Source: an uncultured Chloroflexia bacterium (GTDB taxonomy: Bacteria; Chloroflexota; Chloroflexia; QHBQ01; JADMIH01). Taken from it: DNA of 64,000 nucleotides. Of the stretch, positions 61,646 to 64,000 are shown one piece after another. Position 1 is the first letter of the stretch. The number at the start of each line of letters is the position of its first letter. The translations under genes were made by a program, and so were the position numbers. The stretch is taken from assembly GCA_963797095.1 (NCBI GenBank), contig CAWCNY010000006.1:1-64000 (forward strand), written 5' to 3'. The notes beneath the pieces are model-generated. The model was given only the letters and a program-made list of their open reading frames with translations, ran no database searches and was not told the origin of the DNA.

Positions 61646-63313
61646 TCAATGCTTGAAATGACGCTTGCGTGTAAATACCATCGCCAGCCCGGCCGTGTCT
61701 GCTGCCTCGATGACGGCGTCGTCGTTGACCGACCCCCCCGGCTGGATCACAGCGGTGACGCCCGCTTCGGCTGCCTCCTCGATCCCATCGGGGAAGGGGA
61801 AGAAAGCGTCCGATGCCATTACAGCCCCCGCAGCACGCCTGCTTGCCTTGATTGCCGCGATCTTCACGGAGTTTACGCGGCTGGTTTGTCCGCCCCCTAT
61901 CCCTACGGTCGTCAAATCCTTCGCGAACACGATAGCGTTGGAACGCACATGCGTTACCGCTCTCCACGCGAACACCATATCTGCGATCTCGTCCAGCGTA
62001 GGGTGGCGCAACGTCACAGGCTCCATGTGCAATTCATCGTCGATTGCATCCCTGGTCTGTACAAGGAACCCGCCGCTGATCTGCCTGAATGTTAGCCTGC
62101 TGCTGAAATCGTCGTCCCGCCTGCGCACGTTCGAGTCGGGCACCGCCAGTAGCCGCAGATTGCGCTTGCGCGCCAGTAAATCCACCGCTTCCTCTGAGAA
62201 AGAGGGTGCGATTAGCACATCGAACCTTGTTTTCGCGATGACCTCGGCCACGGCCCCATCTACCGGCCTGTTGATCCCCACGATTCCCCCAAACGCCGAT
62301 ACCGGATCTGCGGCTAACGCCCGGCTGAATATATCTCCCAGATCGCTCCCTTCGGCTCCAGCAGCGATCCCGCATGGCCCTGCGTGCTTGATGATAGCGA
62401 CTGCGGGCGTGGTATAGTCGCGCACGATGGCAAGCGCCGCATCTGCGTCCATCAGGTTGTTGTACGAAAGCTCCGGCCCGTGTAGCTGCTTCAACGACCC
62501 CACGAGTGTGGCTCCTTTAACCTGCAAATTATCTCTGTACAACGCCCCAACCTGGTGCGGGTTCTCGCCGTATCTGAGTGCTTGCGCCTTCTCTAATTGC
62601 AATGCTATTCTCTCCGGCAGCGCCCCGCCCACCGGGCTGTTCTCGCCTGCTCCGTTCTTCCGTTCAGCCACCGCCCATTGCCCGCCATTCGCTGTGTCTG
62701 CTTCGCCCTTCGACTTTCTCCCTTCCTCCAGGTACCCAGCGATCAGATCGTCGTACTCAGAAACATGCCGGAACGCCTTTGCCGCCAGTCTTTTGCGAGT
62801 CTCCTCGCTCACCCCTCCCTTATCTCTCCACTCTTGCATTACCGGCTCATAATCTGCCGGGTCTGACAGCACGACCACCCCCGCGAAATTTTTGGCGGCG
62901 GCTCGTAGCATCGTTGGCCCGCCTACATCGATCTGCTCGACCGCCTCCTCCAGTGTCACCCCCTCGCGCTCGATAGTGCGGGCGAATGGGTAAAGATTGC
63001 CTACCACTATGTCTATAGTCTTCAGCCCATGCTCGCGCAATTGCGCCTGGTGCTCCTCAAGATCGCGCCGGGCCAGTATCCCCGAATGCACCCCAGGGTG
63101 CAGAGTTTTGACCCTTCCGCCCAGTATCTCAGGGAATCCCGTCAGGTCGCTCACCGAGTGTGCCTTAATCCCTGCGGCTTCCAGCTTGGCCTTGGTCCCG
63201 CCCGTGGCATAAATATGCACGCCCAACCCGTCGAGAGCTTTTCCTAGCTCCTCAAGATTGGCTGCGTCCGACACACTGATGATCGCGTTAATTGGCTCTT
63301 TTTCTTCCGGCAT
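61646..63313 (-). CDS. purH: Bifunctional AICAR transformylase/IMP cyclohydrolase
   Basis: 'GGRVKTLHP', 'IDVGGPTMLRAAAKN', 'LRYGENPHQ', 'SDAFFPF', 'RHFKH'. Confidence 0.97.
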   Translation of the reverse strand: MPEEKEPINAIISVSDAANLEELGKALDGLGVHIYATGGTKAKLEAAGIKAHSVSDLTGFPEILGGRVKTLHPGVHSGILARRDLEEHQAQLREHGLKTIDIVVGNLYPFARTIEREGVTLEEAVEQIDVGGPTMLRAAAKNFAGVVVLSDPADYEPVMQEWRDKGGVSEETRKRLAAKAFRHVSEYDDLIAGYLEEGRKSKGEADTANGGQWAVAERKNGAGENSPVGGALPERIALQLEKAQALRYGENPHQVGALYRDNLQVKGATLVGSLKQLHGPELSYNNLMDADAALAIVRDYTTPAVAIIKHAGPCGIAAGAEGSDLGDIFSRALAADPVSAFGGIVGINRPVDGAVAEVIAKTRFDVLIAPSFSEEAVDLLARKRNLRLLAVPDSNVRRRDDDFSSRLTFRQISGGFLVQTRDAIDDELHMEPVTLRHPTLDEIADMVFAWRAVTHVRSNAIVFAKDLTTVGIGGGQTSRVNSVKIAAIKASRRAAGAVMASDAFFPFPDGIEEAAEAGVTAVIQPGGSVNDDAVIEAADTAGLAMVFTRKRHFKH

Positions 63314-63821
63314 TCCCTATCCTCCATTTAGAAAATTGCGCCCGCCATGACAGCAGCCCAGCTTGGCCTCCGACACACTTTTGCATTGCATTTTACCCCA
63401 CCCAGCCCCACATTGCGACCCCACGAGAAGCAACTGCCCCATCAACGTTTAGGGGTGAGGTATGCCTCGTCCACTCATTCATTCGTTCCGGCACTCTTGT
63501 GCCCACCCTCTTTCCAAAGCCTGAATTTTCTAGACTTAAGTCTACCCCAAACGTGTCTCATTTTGTCTCACCATTGTCATTTAGAATACAAAGGGAAATC
63601 CAACCCGATCAACAAGCAATAATGAATGTTTTGCAAACCACTACCCATTATGGTACGTTTATTCTGTGCAAGCAGTACGACCGGTATATTGCGGTAGCAC
63701 CCACACTATGCTATGCTCTTAAGTGATCGCGCCCATAAAAATCGAAACTGATAAGAACATCAACGGGCCTCCGCGCTCTCTGCACTATTCCCATAATCTA
63801 AACACATCAAAGTAAAGTACA

Positions 63822-64000
63822 ATGTCCACGGTCACCACAGACGAAATTGCCACATTGGCAGAGCCTGATAACACGGAAGCTCTGGAAGGTGTCAAGCCTG
63901 AGCGCATGTCCACCCCCATGAAGGTGGTGATCGCTTCCAGCTTTGTGCTCCGTTTTGCGGGAGCGATGACCTCCATCCTCCTATCGTCCCTTCTCAGGCA
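63822..64000 (+). CDS. Partial membrane protein (possibly MFS), runs off the window
   Basis: Open frame from ATG 63822: MSTVTTDE...VVIASSFVLRFAGAMTSILLSSLL. Confidence 0.5.
   Translation, partial: MSTVTTDEIATLAEPDNTEALEGVKPERMSTPMKVVIASSFVLRFAGAMTSILLSSLLR

Noticed and set aside
63314-63820. ZMP/ZTP (pfl) or purine riboswitch upstream of purH
   Set aside because: The conserved motif elements could not be found by eye; an Rfam scan would be needed.

Overview
A 64-kb GC-rich bacterial chromosomal segment, most likely from a Chloroflexota (Chloroflexia-like) genome. This is inferred from repeated 'FPETGH..YW..HGGL..GYPIS..QYFERA' surface modules and SLH repeats carrying 'CGGPGEPC' loops. Carbohydrate content: a LacI-controlled sugar ABC/GH35-like/xylA operon, GH4 melA, a LacI + GH3 locus, and SLH-anchored GH5 and Kelch proteins. 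Other genes: a MacAB-like exporter operon with a giant repeat-expanded adaptor, a heterodimeric ABC exporter, trkA/USP, lon, an MprAB-like two-component system with clear operator arrays, and purH. Mobile DNA: two copies of a Mutator-type (ISKra4/ISLre2-like) IS, each inserted exactly 16 bp upstream of a TTGACA. They differ in a 20-bp tandem-repeat array inside the transposase that leaves one copy in frame and frameshifts the other, and one copy is nested in an IS701-like element. A tnpB-only IS200/IS605 element sits exactly at a TAATG stop/start junction (inferred TAM TTCAT). There are also MITE/REP-like inverted repeats and dispersed 7-nt-periodic tracts. Several C>T/G>A lesions at invariant codons and two +1 frameshifts suggest DNA damage, sequencing error or erosion. 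No rRNA, tRNA or CRISPR array was seen. All calls come from reading the sequence; no database searches were run.
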